This document shows positions 50,201 through 62,168 of a stretch of 64,000 nucleotides of DNA, piece by piece. Numbering within the stretch: position 1 is the first letter of the stretch; each line of letters opens with the position of its first letter. The notes below the pieces were generated by a model. It saw only the letters and a program-made list of their open reading frames with translations. It had not been told where the DNA came from and made no database searches. The translations under genes were made by a program, and so were the position numbers. Where the stretch lies: contig NGBS01000018.1 in NCBI GenBank assembly GCA_002245135.1, positions 62,001 to 126,000 on the forward strand. The letters run 5' to 3'. The DNA comes from Proteromonas lacertae. Lineage: Eukaryota.

Positions 50201-50430
50201 GTAGATGTAAAAGAAAAGCAGCTTCTAGAAATTCATCTTCTCATCAATATCCAACAGCTTCTAAAGCTGGTAGATATCCAGCTCCACCACAAGCAAATAG
50301 ATATCCAGCACCTCCGAAAGGAAATAACTATCCAGTACCTCCACTTCAGAATAGTTATCCAATATCTGCAGCTCCACCTCCTCCACCACCAATTAATAGG
50401 TATCCTCCTCCTCCTCCAACAACAAATTAG
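47293..50430 (+). CDS. Type I membrane metzincin metallopeptidase (gametolysin/M11-like) with Pro/Tyr-rich cytoplasmic tail
   Basis: Signal peptide; HEVMHTAGLGH zinc motif; Met-turn-like DDYSSTMG; GGD linker; TM YYIIGGVGGLLVLCCVVCVIC; RYPAPP repeats. Confidence 0.8.
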   Translation: MLFFISFVVVVCSFAYGYDNIHYNVTARVYFTDYKNSPVIEMNDYMVYSILNPNNFHLIMGNAIITYSESIHKYAIYLIKYSYREEKKVKAAQNKYSPVFNTKMVFGVFRVAFQSSATTCVSQDQAKFGLVYIDLVWRLLTGNRVTLDFDSTYYSSKCLKGDYSFDHLTVMAAAYNDARDTDGIGQRLFNTRIYFCDDWDSGENYEGRATLGRIDYFTNRANMFALLKWNPIPTKKNEKYLKNLIHEVMHTAGLGHAGFISYDAGGYGFLKNYYYKDDYDDYSSTMGFAADWYCIPGIHAYNMIITQSHPEPHYIRKLTTPGKQVWRIYAWDYPYSRYFLGRDEPNYKENDMIGGIRFDHNVFSVDVPYDKKKINSMMNEPDLIDGSLLFEFRWFPAGLKEWGNRGIKFTYGDVNKTDKDRNYDLYRTSMYIDLHWDNIFTSTQLPLGVTLYPQQDIGTLTYRIVNAHIINPSISITEDMIYKDIPTKIDYMDLPWMEIEIDYKPNVPSKLPSDTPPPLPTMIYSPNIVVCNYNEMIFSLECQRTNTLDYFWTYVKNNGDRDIDTPRIYDAFTSTPMKNMRFGSFSMLGGYRTNNYFLVHGNYHKATRRTLIKVLSLINVPTFPFYFCQKCQINQNSNKLRNNGTYLEGNVLLSNSIPIPQNGKLVINDLYYTEIEVKRNSDGSVEQVIPELKLQGFALCFFMLKESNGKTNNYYSFYVYHTENTEERIAYQSVLGKENEFIIKPAVIPPNYNTQPGLISPRKLKKDEMLIFPILHMNYNDYFFIDFEGTIPSDLVITFETDNGNKTKKITGLDGIKDLSISISYIELINFSFGYGQIYSFRFNQEVTLLNIRPVYQSKNSDNPPNQAKKENERVSVGKKQFYITHDEIKYGYTFHSFKKVVNGKTYDFISANDYYSISGGGDGGDGGDGGDGGNDENDKKESFNKNLMYYIIGGVGGLLVLCCVVCVICRCKRKAASRNSSSHQYPTASKAGRYPAPPQANRYPAPPKGNNYPVPPLQNSYPISAAPPPPPPINRYPPPPPTTN

Positions 50431-50532
50431 TGGATTATATGCTTCATATATCTATATAGTGATTTGTTATATTTGTTGAGTGTTTTTTGTTTTTTTAAAT
50501 TCTATGTAACGGTTTTATTTTTGAAACAAAAA

Positions 50533-51327
50533 ATGTCTATTCCTGGTTATATAATTGAGAAAGAAGTTCAAAAATACCTCAGATATACTGCTTATCAAGT
50601 AAAACAAGAGAATACTAATAAACAATTTATCGCCTTTAACTATCCAACCAATAATGATGCAAACAATGAATTGTTTAATTATCAAATACAATTTCTAAAA
50701 GAAAATCGATCACCATATTTTTTGTGCCAAATAAGTGAAGTGAGAGATGAAAATTCAAATACTATACTTTATGAGAACTGTCCTCGAAATTTAAGTCATT
50801 ATATTAATGAATGTAAAGAGAAGAATGTTAAAATTCCTGAATCAGTATGTTAATGTATATAATTTACTAATTAGGTAATAATCAAGATAATAGTAGATCT
50901 ATGTAAGGGTTTATCTGATCTGCATGAACAGTACATCGCGCATGGTAATATATGCCCAGAATTGATATTTCTAACACCTTCAAATGAAGTCAAATTATGT
51001 GGTTTTACAACACTCTTATTTAGTAATCATCCTCATCATATTTCAGTTAAATATTGTTGTCCAGAATTACTATCAAAAGAACCAGAAAGGACTACTGCTT
51101 GCGATATATGGAGTATTGGTATTATTATTTATGAATTATGTACTTTGAGTCAATTATTCAAAGGTTTCATTGATATTACTGATTATGTTACAAATGATTA
51201 TGAAATTCCTTCTATTCCTGATGAATATAGTGATAAATTGAGTGATTTAATTAGTGATTGTCTGAGTATAGATAGCGATGAAAGACCAACTATTGAAGAA
51301 ATATTAGAAATGTTTGAGAATAATTAA
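50533..51327 (+). CDS. NEK-like protein kinase fold, predicted pseudokinase
   Basis: C-lobe YCCPEL, CDIWSIGIIIYELCTL, CL..D..ERPT. Catalytic motifs are degenerate (HGN, CGF, no Gly loop or VAIK lysine). One intron at ~50845-50874. Confidence 0.8.
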
Positions 51328-51410
51328 TTATTTTTTAAGTTTTGTAAAATGTATTATTTTGATTTCTTTTGTATTAAAAATAAATAAAAATAGAATTTAT
51401 TAAATAACAA

Positions 51411-54400
51411 TTAAATATTCCTTTGAACTATTAAAGCGCTTTCTAATGCTATATTTTCATTCTCTAAGTTTGAAATGATTATTTTCAAACTTATATTATC
51501 TCTTTGAACATTTTGAAGTTGATAATTCAATAAATTATACTTTTCTTCATAAGATCTCTAAAAATAATAAATATATTATATTATATACAAGTTGTTGTAA
51601 TGCTACATCATATCTTTGAGATATATCTTTATAACCGCTTTTCAAATACTTTATTTCTTTTGACCTATATTCAAGGCATTTATTCAATGAAGATAATTCA
51701 ATACTTCCATCATTCTCCTATATATAAACGATAAAAACAAAGAGATTATTATACTGCAAATGTGAAAGAAGGAATCTCACTACTTATGCATGATAAATTA
51801 GATGGAATGTCAAATGCTTTTGGAACAAGAACGTGAAGAATTGGACTACTTACAAATGACAACGATTGAGAAGTGAGATTTGTAGTAGTTGATTTCTGAG
51901 ATAATGATCTAATCATATTAATATCACTTTCACTATATTTGTCACTGTCTGAATATCTTAGAAAAGATTTGGGTATAATCTTCTTTTCATCATAATTACC
52001 ACTTTCATTATTATTATTATTAATGATAATATGATTATTAAAATCATTTGGATCGGGATTCTTTTGAATTGTGATTGTCGTTGAAGTAGTGAGTGGTTGG
52101 GATTTAGATGATTTCTTTGATTCTGTATTATTCAGTATTATTGTTGTACTTTTGGGAGGTAATCTTGGTTTCATTACCATTGTAGGTAATACAGTTTCAT
52201 TTAATGTGATATTGTTCTTTTCATTATTCTTTTCATCATATTCTAATGTAGTTAAAGGGTATTGAACAGTATTAAGAATCATTTCATTGTTTATATTGTT
52301 AAAAGTTTTTGATAATTCTTCAATATTTAGAACTGAATCAGAATTTGATCTTGATATTGTCATATTATGTATTTCATCACTAAGTATATTTACAACATCA
52401 TATTCAACTGTATTGTAATTCTTAGCTGTATTTGACAAGTATACTGATGTATAATTAAACACAGTTGATAAATCTGTCTCTCTACAAATACCACTATCTA
52501 ATGTATAATTAAACAAACATAGCTTTGTGTCAACTTTAAACTCAACTAATGGTTGATTAATAAGGGTAAATAAACAATCTGTATCACAAATAGAATCAAT
52601 ATCATTGTATATAAGATTCAAGTTTGTTTCTTCATTCAATATACCAATACTATCATAATCATTTATCATACAATTCTCTTCTTCTGTTGAAACAATATCA
52701 ATTCCTTCTCCTTCAACTAACATCATTCTTATAGTTTCACCTTCTAGAGATTCTTCTACATATTCATTAATTACAGTTTTATAATCTGTTTCAATTAGAG
52801 TAAATTCTTTGTTTTCATTATAAATAAAATCTGAAGACAATTGTACTGAATATTTACATACAATTTCTTCATCTCTATTACTTGTACAAACTAAATCCAT
52901 TGGTTCAAATTCAATATTGATTAATGATTCATTTGTATATGATGAGGTGATAATTTCATTGTTTATTGATGAAACAACACCATAATATTTCGTAGTTTCA
53001 CCATCATTCTCATTTATTAAGTCATTTTCAGGATATGTTATAATATTCATTGATTCATCATATATATAACTAAGAATAGAAGTAACTAATGTATTGACAT
53101 TATCACTTTCATTCTCTGTTGATATAATCTCTATTATTTCACTATTAACAATATCAAATTGTTTTTCTTCTTTTTCATCAAATATTTGTATATTATCACA
53201 TATAATCATTTCATTATTCTCTTCTGATTTTTGAATATTTAATATCTCTTTTTCCAATTCCATTTTATCACTCTTTAATTGATTGTTTTCTATTGTTAAT
53301 TGAAGTATTATATCTTCAAAATTGTCTTTATAATACACTTCTATATCACTATATTCAACAAAATCAATTATTATCTTTTCATTCTTTCTTATTGAGTTGT
53401 TATCAGTTATTCTATCCTTTGTAATACTATCAATAGTTTGAGTTGATTTGGAGAAATACAGTTTTGGATCAATTAACAATGAATTCTCTAGAAAACTAAT
53501 CGAATTACTTTCATTCAATGAAGCTGATTGGTTATTATCAATTTGAGATTTTAAATTATTATTTTCTTTCTGTAAATGATTTATTTTCCTCTTATACTTT
53601 TCTAGTTTTTCATTATTATTGTTATATGTTTGTATTGCTGTTGTTATTAATCCACTAAATGACAATTTCTTATTATAATTTTCATTATCAATAAAAGATG
53701 TTGTTTTATATTGAATTATTCTATTATTCTTTAATCTTTTATCGATATGCTTCAGATTCTTTGATATTTTATCATTAATCTGTAAAAGTTTCATATTTTG
53801 GTTGTTAATAGTCACAATTTGATGATATACTGGGTTATCATATATCATATTCAATTGAGATTTCATTAGAATTAGTTTTGGTTTATATTTACATTGTATA
53901 ACCCTTGTTTTATATATCAATATTTGACCAATTGGTTGTTTTAGTCGAATATACTTTTCTTTTAGACTATTATTCTCATTTTCTAATGTTTTGATATCAT
54001 TCTTATAATTATTGATTATTCCATCAAAATATTTCTTTTCTGACTTTAATGTAATGATTATATCTTTACTACTTTGTAATCTTGAAGTAAATTCCTCTAT
54101 TTGTCTTTTTAGTTTTGAATTTTCTGTTTCAATCATCGATTGTTGCTTTTCATAAGACATTTTTTCTTTTTTATTCTCCTTCAATGTAATTTTCATCTTT
54201 TCTATATCATCTGCCTTTTCTTTCACTTCTTTTATCAGTTTTATTATACTATCATTCAGTTTCTTCTTTGTAACATTCAATTCGTTGTTTATATTATTAT
54301 ATTTCTGTGTTATATCATCATTATTTATCTTCAATAACTTGTTCTCAGTTTGTAGGTCTGATATCTTCTGTTCATTCTTATGAATAACATCTTGTAAACT

Positions 54401-57400
54401 ATTGTTCTTGTGTAACAATGTAGTGAGTGAATTATTCATTTGATTTTGTGCTTTTAATATAGATATTGATTTATCATTACTACTATTTGATAATGGAGGT
54501 TTTGATTCAATAGAAAATGAATGTGAAGCTTTAATTGATTTTCTTCTTGATGTTTGTTGATTGGCTATAGTTACTGAATTACTTCTTTTATGAGTTTTTG
54601 TTTTTGTTTTAGTTGGCGAAGAAGTAGTATTTATTGTTTCATTCAATTTGTTATTTTCATTCTTTAGATCTGTTATTTCAGTCATTAATTCAGTTATTCT
54701 TTTACTGGATTTTATATTTTCTTCTTTTAATAACTCATTTTTCTTCGATAAAGTAGATATTTGATAGTTTAATTCTATCTCTGTCTTATTTGGATGTAAT
54801 TTATTGGGTGTTTCAAAATTTACTTTCTTTTTGGGTGTAAATTTCAACTTCCTTCTTACTGGAGTTGTATTTTTTTCTTCGTTGTTTTGGGAATTGTTCA
54901 TTTCTTCTATTTTTAAGTTCAATTCTTTTATTCCTTTATTCAAATCTCTATTTTTCAATAACATTTCTTCTTCTTTCTTCTTTAACTCGATTATTTGATT
55001 CTGTAGTGAATGATTCTTTTTTGATAGTTCAGATATTTTGGTGTTTAATTCAACTTGAGTTTTACTGATATGCGGCTCTTCTTCTTCATTTTGTCGTTTT
55101 ATTGGAACAGATTTAGATCTTTTCTTTGTTTGTGGTTTCTGTTTTGATGGAGTTTTTTGAACAGATAAAGATCTCTGATTTTCTACTGATTTCTTAAGTT
55201 TCTCAATTTGTTCATCTTTTTCCTTTATTTTATCTTTCATTTTATTCAAATTTTCTTTAATTTCTTTCACTTTGTTAGATAATGTGTTAATCTTTTCATT
55301 TTTACTTTCATTGTCATTTTTCAATTCATGGTTCTTATTAACTAAATTAGATATTTGTTTATTTAGTTCAATTTCACTCTTACTGATATGTGGTTCTTCA
55401 TGTTGTTGTTTAACTGGAACAGATTTAGATCTTTTCTTTGTTTGTGGTTTTTGTTTAGGAGTATTTTGAACTGATAAAGATCTCTGATTTTCTACTGATT
55501 TCTTCAGTTTTTGAATCTCTTTATCTTTCTCACTCATTTCTTCTTTCATTTTATTCAAATCTTGTTTTATATCTTTCATTTTACTTGATAATTCATTGAT
55601 TCTTTCATTTTTACTATCAACATCTTTTTTCAATTCATGGTTCTTGCTTACTAGATTGGATATTTGTCTATTTAATTGAATTTCACTTCTGTTTTTATGT
55701 TCACTCTTTGGTTCTTTCTTCGTAGGTGTAAATCTAATTCTTCTATTCACAGATTTGGACGGAGTTTGAGTAAAAGTATTATTCATATTTGATTCTTCAT
55801 CACTTACTAATATGGAATTGTACGTAGTTAAAGGTGTCATTTTGGTAGAATGAATAGCTGTAGGAGATAATGCTCTATAATAGTTTATTGGATTAATTGT
55901 TTTTGATAATATTCTATTTCTTTTTTTATTGGTTTGTTGATAATTTCTATTGAAATAATAAAATAATATTCACTTACTTACTCTGAATCGCTTTTTTCAA
56001 CATCTATTGGTAATGGGGATGTTGTATTATCATTGGTTTCGATTTTTCTATTCTGAGGTGAAAAAGAACAGATTGGAATGATATTTGAAGTTAGGAGAAT
56101 TGTTGAAGTGTTAGATTCTTCATCTATTTCTTCATTATTTATCTTATCATCTATAAATTCTAATAAAGGATAGTTATATGTTGATAATTGAGAAATTTCA
56201 TCCAATAGTGTGGGTGTTGCAAGTATAATACTATCATTCAAATTTAATTCCAAGATGTCATATATTAGATATCCAATATCAACATAATCTGTTGACAGAC
56301 ACGAGATAATTGGCAAAGAAATATATGTACAACTAACATGTGTTTGATGTAAATTTGTTTCTGGAGGTGATGGTGGTTGAGATGGAGGTGGTGGAGGAGA
56401 ATCAAGTGAATCAATATCTTCATTATCTATTCTATTTGATTGTGGCTCAATATATTTATCTATCTCAGAAATTAATTTGTGAGAGATCTCTCTATAGAGA
56501 TAAAATAAACATAAATATAATAAATACTCAAATTCTAAATCAATACCATCATTCATTCCAGCCGGATCATTAACATACGTTGAATTAACTATATTTCCAC
56601 TTTGTTCTAACAAAAATTCATATTTTTGAACAATGATGAGATATTCTCCTTCAACAGACTCTAATTTCTTACATGTACTTTGATATCTATTATCTAATTC
56701 AACATACTTACCTTTCAATTGTGTCAATAGCTTCCTCATATCTCTATTACTTTCTTCAATTAATTCCATATGCTGTGTTTGTTGCTGGTTCAAATTATCT
56801 CCTTTATTATTATCAAAATAGGAAGAATTAGATTGGTTTAATGTTGTAAAAGATGTTCCATTGTAGTCTTTTGCATTTACACTATTTTGTATATATTTAT
56901 TATTATTTTTGACATTCTGGACTTTTAAATTGAAATTTAACTGTTTGATTTTACTTTCTAAATCTTTAATTTTGATATTTAATAAATGATTATCTTCTTC
57001 CACTTGATTCTTATATTTATTCAATTCTTTTATCTCATTATTTGTTTTATTCCTCAATTCTTTAAGTTCATTTGTTAAGTCATAAATTTTAGTTGAATAA
57101 TTTGAGATTGAATTTGTTAGAAGTTCATTTTCTTTCTCCAATTCCTTTTTCTATTCATTATCAATAATTATAAAATAAATATATACTTTTGATTCATATT
57201 TACTTTCTATTAAATCATTTTTATTCTTTAATTCACTGTTCTTTTTTTCTAATTCGTTTATTTTCATTGCAAGAATCAGATTTTCATCATCTTTTTTACT
57301 CTTTTTATCCATCATTGAAAATACTTTAGAAGTCTTTTCTTCTTCCATTGATTTGATTTGTTTCTTTAGAGATTTTATTTCATTTTCCTGTTGTGAAATT

Positions 57401-58414
57401 CTATTTGAAAGTAATACTTTTTCTCCTTTTAAATCATGAATCTATAGGATAATAACAAAACAATAAAATATTATACTTGAGAATCATTATTTTCATCTTT
57501 TTCTACTTCTAATAGCTTCTTCTCTAGTGCTTTATTCTTTTGAATTAATTCATTATTTTGTAAATTAACATTCTCATTTTCTTTCTTTAATGTTTTATTA
57601 TCATTTGATAATCTTAATAATGCATCATTCAATTTCATTATTTGCTTTCTCATATCATTTATTAACTGTTGATTGTTTCTATTCTCCATTAATACTTTTG
57701 AATTATTATCTTCACTTTGTACTTCAACATCTTTCATTATTGTTGCTAAATAACTATTATATTATAAAAATACTATGTTTTTGTGAACTTTTCAGACTTT
57801 TATTAATTGCTTTTAATCTGTTTATCATAGTTAATTGTTGCTATAAAATTGTAAATAAACATAAAACGAAATATATACCGATGTAGCTTGAGTTAGGTTT
57901 ATTATTTGTGTTGTTTTGTTCTGTAAATCATTTGAAAGGTTTTTTATTGTTTCTATATCTTGATTTAAGTTATTCTGTTGAGATGTAATTAATTTGTTCT
58001 TTTGCTTTAGTTCTTGCTTTAAAAGCCTAATTTGACTATTTAATTGATCATAGCTATTTGTTGTAATAGTAAAAGCATTTGTTGGAGGAATTCGAAGGTG
58101 GAAGTGTTAAAAATGAGTGAGAAGAAGAAGGTTCTTGTTTATTAATTGATTGGATTATTGCATTTATATCATCAACAGAAGTATTTGGCTCTGACAAATA
58201 ACTCTTCATAGTTTTAGATAATTCTTTTTCGATTTTGCTATTCTCTTTCGACATTTCACTCAAATCGGGAATTGTGTATAATGAAGATTCATTCCTCTAT
58301 TTAACATGATAATGAATGTGTATACTGTTCTAGAAAGAGATTTTAGTCTTGAAGGACTTTTATGTTCTTTTCTTGATTTCTATACATTAATATATTGATT
58401 TATAATTTTACCAT
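51411..58414 (-). CDS. Very large coiled-coil protein with ~103-aa internal repeats; one +1 break near 58054-58095
   Basis: ATG-only first exon at 58412-58414; consensus introns link ORFs 57471-57737, 57151-57348, 55978-57141, 51749-55840 and terminal exons to TAA at 51411; heptad-rich. Confidence 0.65.
54700..55690 (-). repeat. Coding tandem repeat, ~309-318 nt unit, about 2 full copies plus partial copies
   Basis: Repeated SEI(Q/E)LN(R/K)QISNLV.KNHELK and KLKKSVENQRSLSVQ.TP..KPQTKKRSKSVP; DNA-level identity, e.g. GATAAAGATCTCTGATTTTCTACTGATTTCTT. Confidence 0.85.
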
Positions 58415-58761
58415 TATATATTTTCACTTTTTAACCTGTACATAAAACAACAAGAATTTAAATTTTAAAAATAGTTTGAGAGAATCAAGTTTATATAAAA
58501 TTTCATATCAAATATTGCATTAAATAAACAACTATGATGATTTATTTTGACATTTTTGTTATTTATGTTGTACAATTTATTAATTTTACTACTTATTTAA
58601 AGATAAGGAAATAATTCTGTTTCATTTTATTTATATGATATTATTTATTTAACTATAACTGCTGTTGATAAATACAGTATGTTTTATAGCAATAAATATC
58701 AAATATCTTCAAAACTATTTTAAAAAGTATAACTGTCATTTTTTTAAATTTTTGAAAAGTA

Positions 58762-61700
58762 ATGTCTTTGGAAGGTCCTTTAATCGAAGACAGAGTATTT
58801 TAATAAATATTATGGTAGGATGATCACAGTTATAAGAAAAAACTGATAGAATTAACACTATTAACAACACAATATCAAGATCTACAAATACAATATAACT
58901 CATTGTGTCAAAGACATCACAATGTAAAAGAGGTATATTTTTATAAAATCTATTTACTCATATAGAAATGTTTAGCTTCAAATGAAAGGTATAGTAATAT
59001 ATTATTTATTATATAGAAATCAAAAGCTTGATGAACGAATTAGAACAAGCTAAAAACGAAATACAAGTTCAGCTAAGAAATATAGATCAAATAAAACAAA
59101 ATGAGGCAAGAACAAAGCAAGATATTGTTACTCAACACGAAAAAGAGAAGCAAAATTGGAAAATATCAGACAATGCTTCTCAGGATACAATTAGTCAGTT
59201 GAGAAAAGAGAATTCTCAACTTCATAGTGAAATAGAAAAAACAAAACTAGATTTAAAACAACAATCAATTCAACTACAAAGTAATGATATAGCTATGCAA
59301 AAATATGAAATAACAGTATTTAATTGCTTCATTATTATCTAGAATAAACATCTAATTGACAAAGTTGATGAACAACAAAAGCAAATGTATATTGATGTTT
59401 GTTATAATCAAAATAGAAATGAAAAAGATAGTGAAATTATAAAACTAAAACAGCAACTTGAATCAACAAGAACAGACTTGCAAAATACACAGAATGAATT
59501 AATAAAGTATTATATTATACTATTATAATTTATAATAAATAGAACAAAATATGAAAGAGATCAAAACAATGATTCACTTCATGATTTAAAGAAAGATAAA
59601 GAAGAATTGAAAGAATCAAATATGAAATTAAAAGTCGAAAATACTTCACTGTATGAGAAAGTAAATGTATTAATTCATTTTTATTATTGATTGTATAGAA
59701 ATTTGATATGGAAAAGCAAGACTTGATGAATAGAATAACAAAATGTGAAACAGATTTACAGCTAAGATCTTCTGAGTTACAATCCAAATTAGAGTTACTA
59801 CACAATATAGAAAAGGAAAAAGAAGAATTGAAACAGATAAGTAAAGAGGAAAGAATAGAATTATTGAATAAAATTGATGGTTATAAAGTAAAAATTGCAA
59901 GAAATATCTCATACTTTGGAACAATGTAATAATGAACTAATTTCTACACAAAGTGAAATAGACAAATTACAAAGCAAACTAAGTGAAAGTAATAACAATT
60001 TCAATGTAATAAAAACCAAATATTCAGTATATATTATTATTATTATTATTATTATTAATGATATATTAAATAGAAATTAAAAGAAGAATACAATAGTTTA
60101 AATACAGATTATGAGAAAGTATGTAGTGAAAATGAAGAATTAGAAGAAGCTAAAGAAACTAGTGAAAACAAAATAACAGAACTACAGAAAGAAATTGAAA
60201 GTATCAAAAATAGTAAATCATCAATACAAACTCAAACTACACCACCTCCAAAAGAAGAGAAGAAAAAAGAAAAAGAAGAAGAACCAAAAACGCCACCAAG
60301 ACAACAACCACAAACCACAACTTCAATCAACATTTGGATCACCATATCCACCTCCTATGTTTAGTCCAGAACCAACAGTTATATATCAAGGTATTAAAGT
60401 AAATGAGAATGAATCATTTCCATCATCTCCAGTAGTTCCACAACAAAGATATCAACAACAACAACAGCAAACAATACCTCAACCTCCTCCACAACATCAT
60501 ACCAATACATATCGTGAAGAAAATACACAATTTCCAAGTGAATATACAATAACACCAACAATGAAACATAAGAAACATAGAAGTAAATCATATAGTTCAA
60601 CATCATCAGATAGTGAAACAACAGTAAGTGATATATCCCATCATCATCACAATCATCATCATAGTCAATCTCATCATAAGAATAAACAGCCAAAGAAAAA
60701 ATCTCATAGTAAACATCGTAAATATCCACATGGTGAAAGAGTAAGAGTAAGAGAAGATGAATATTCCTACAGTGATTCTGAAATAACACAAACACAAGAA
60801 GAAACAGAAGAAGAAGAAGAACCACCACAACCAAGAAGACAAGGAAAGGGTAGAAATAATGGTAAAGTTATTAGAGAGCAATACAAAGATAATGTTGAAG
60901 ATGATTATGATAATAATGAAGAAGAAGATGAAAAACAATACAAATACAATACAAGAATTGAAGTAAGAAGAAATCAACCAGTTGTATATAAGAATTAGTT
61001 TTATCAATTTTTATTGTTTGTTTAGGATGGGTATATGTTAGCATCAAGACAAAAAGCCATTATATCTCTTCAAGATCTAAGGGAAATATTGTGTGAGCAA
61101 ATCTATACACAATCTGAATTGATGTTTTGTAATGTAGAAGCTGATTCAAAAGAAGTTATAACAAAGAAAGAATTGAAAGATGTATTGGAATGTTTCTTAC
61201 ATTATGCAGCTGAAACATTAGCATCAATAATTGCAGCTCATATTAGAAGTTTAGAAGCACACTGCGAAATAGAGAAGCAATTTAGTGAACAATCAAATGG
61301 AAATAATAGTAAAACAATAAGTAGGAAATCAATATATAAAGAAGAAGGAAATGAAATTAGAGATAAATTGGAGGATATTTGGAATAAACATAGAATATAT
61401 GAAACAGGTATGACTTTTATAATAAAATATAATAGAACAAATGAGAAGATATCGTGTAGGAGGAACATTCCCAGCAAAAGCAGTTAGAGATTATGCATTT
61501 AATCATGGAGTTGTTGGTCCAAGTCTTAAAAATCAAAGAGTAAGACCCAGTGATTATACAAGGCATGCAGTGAGCAAAGAAGAACTTAGTGACGAATTTA
61601 ATCCTATGTTTAAACGAGGAACTCCAGATGATGCCTATTATCAACTATATGATATACTAAGTATATTTTTTAACAACAACAGAGATCAGATGAATTTGGG

Positions 61701-61865
61701 AAGAGGAGAATCAGATAGAAAAGTATATATTTTTATGTTTATATTGTTTAGAATGTTGATTTAGCATTTTATGGTGCTTTGTATTATTATATCAGAATGG
61801 TAAATACAGTTCCAGGAATGAGAACAAATGATGTTGTAAAAACAGATAGAAACTACCCAATTTAG
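58762..61865 (+). CDS. Coiled-coil hypothetical protein with P/Q/H/E-rich middle; +1 breaks at ~59894 and ~60313
   Basis: ATG 58762; about ten consensus introns join ORFs 59028, 59708, 59895, 60195, 61035 and 61441 to TAG at 61863-61865. Confidence 0.6.
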
Positions 61866-61896
61866 ATTATTCTTTTAAAGTTTAATATTTTGTTAA

Positions 61897-62082
61897 TTAT
61901 TTTCTATTTTTGTGATAATAATAAATAGTAGTCGTAGAAATTGCAATAGCACTCACAATAAAACCCTATTTATATAAATATATCTTCAATACACTAATAA
62001 ATGGGATGAAACATGCATTCATAAGGTTATTCCATTTTTTGTTTTTATTTTCATCATCATTACTGCTTTTATCTTTCACCAT
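61897..62082 (-). CDS. Small single-pass membrane protein (52 aa), missed by ORF track
   Basis: MVKDKSSNDDENKNKKWNNLMNACFIPFIS|GFIVSAIAISTTTIYYYHKNRK with a 27-nt consensus intron at 61966-61992. Confidence 0.55.
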
Positions 62083-62168
62083 CACACTATAAATCAATTT
62101 TCGTTTGAATCGACATATTTCAAAAATATTATCGTTTCACATTTATTCTTGTCTTTAACTCTCGAACC

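Noticed and set aside
959..61644. Numerous short antisense or alternate-frame ORFs in the track (e.g. 1777-1998, 13006-13257, 31520-31753, 39475-39708, 60394-60834)
   Set aside because: They are shadows of real genes, with F/L/I/S-biased composition expected from AT-rich reverse frames.
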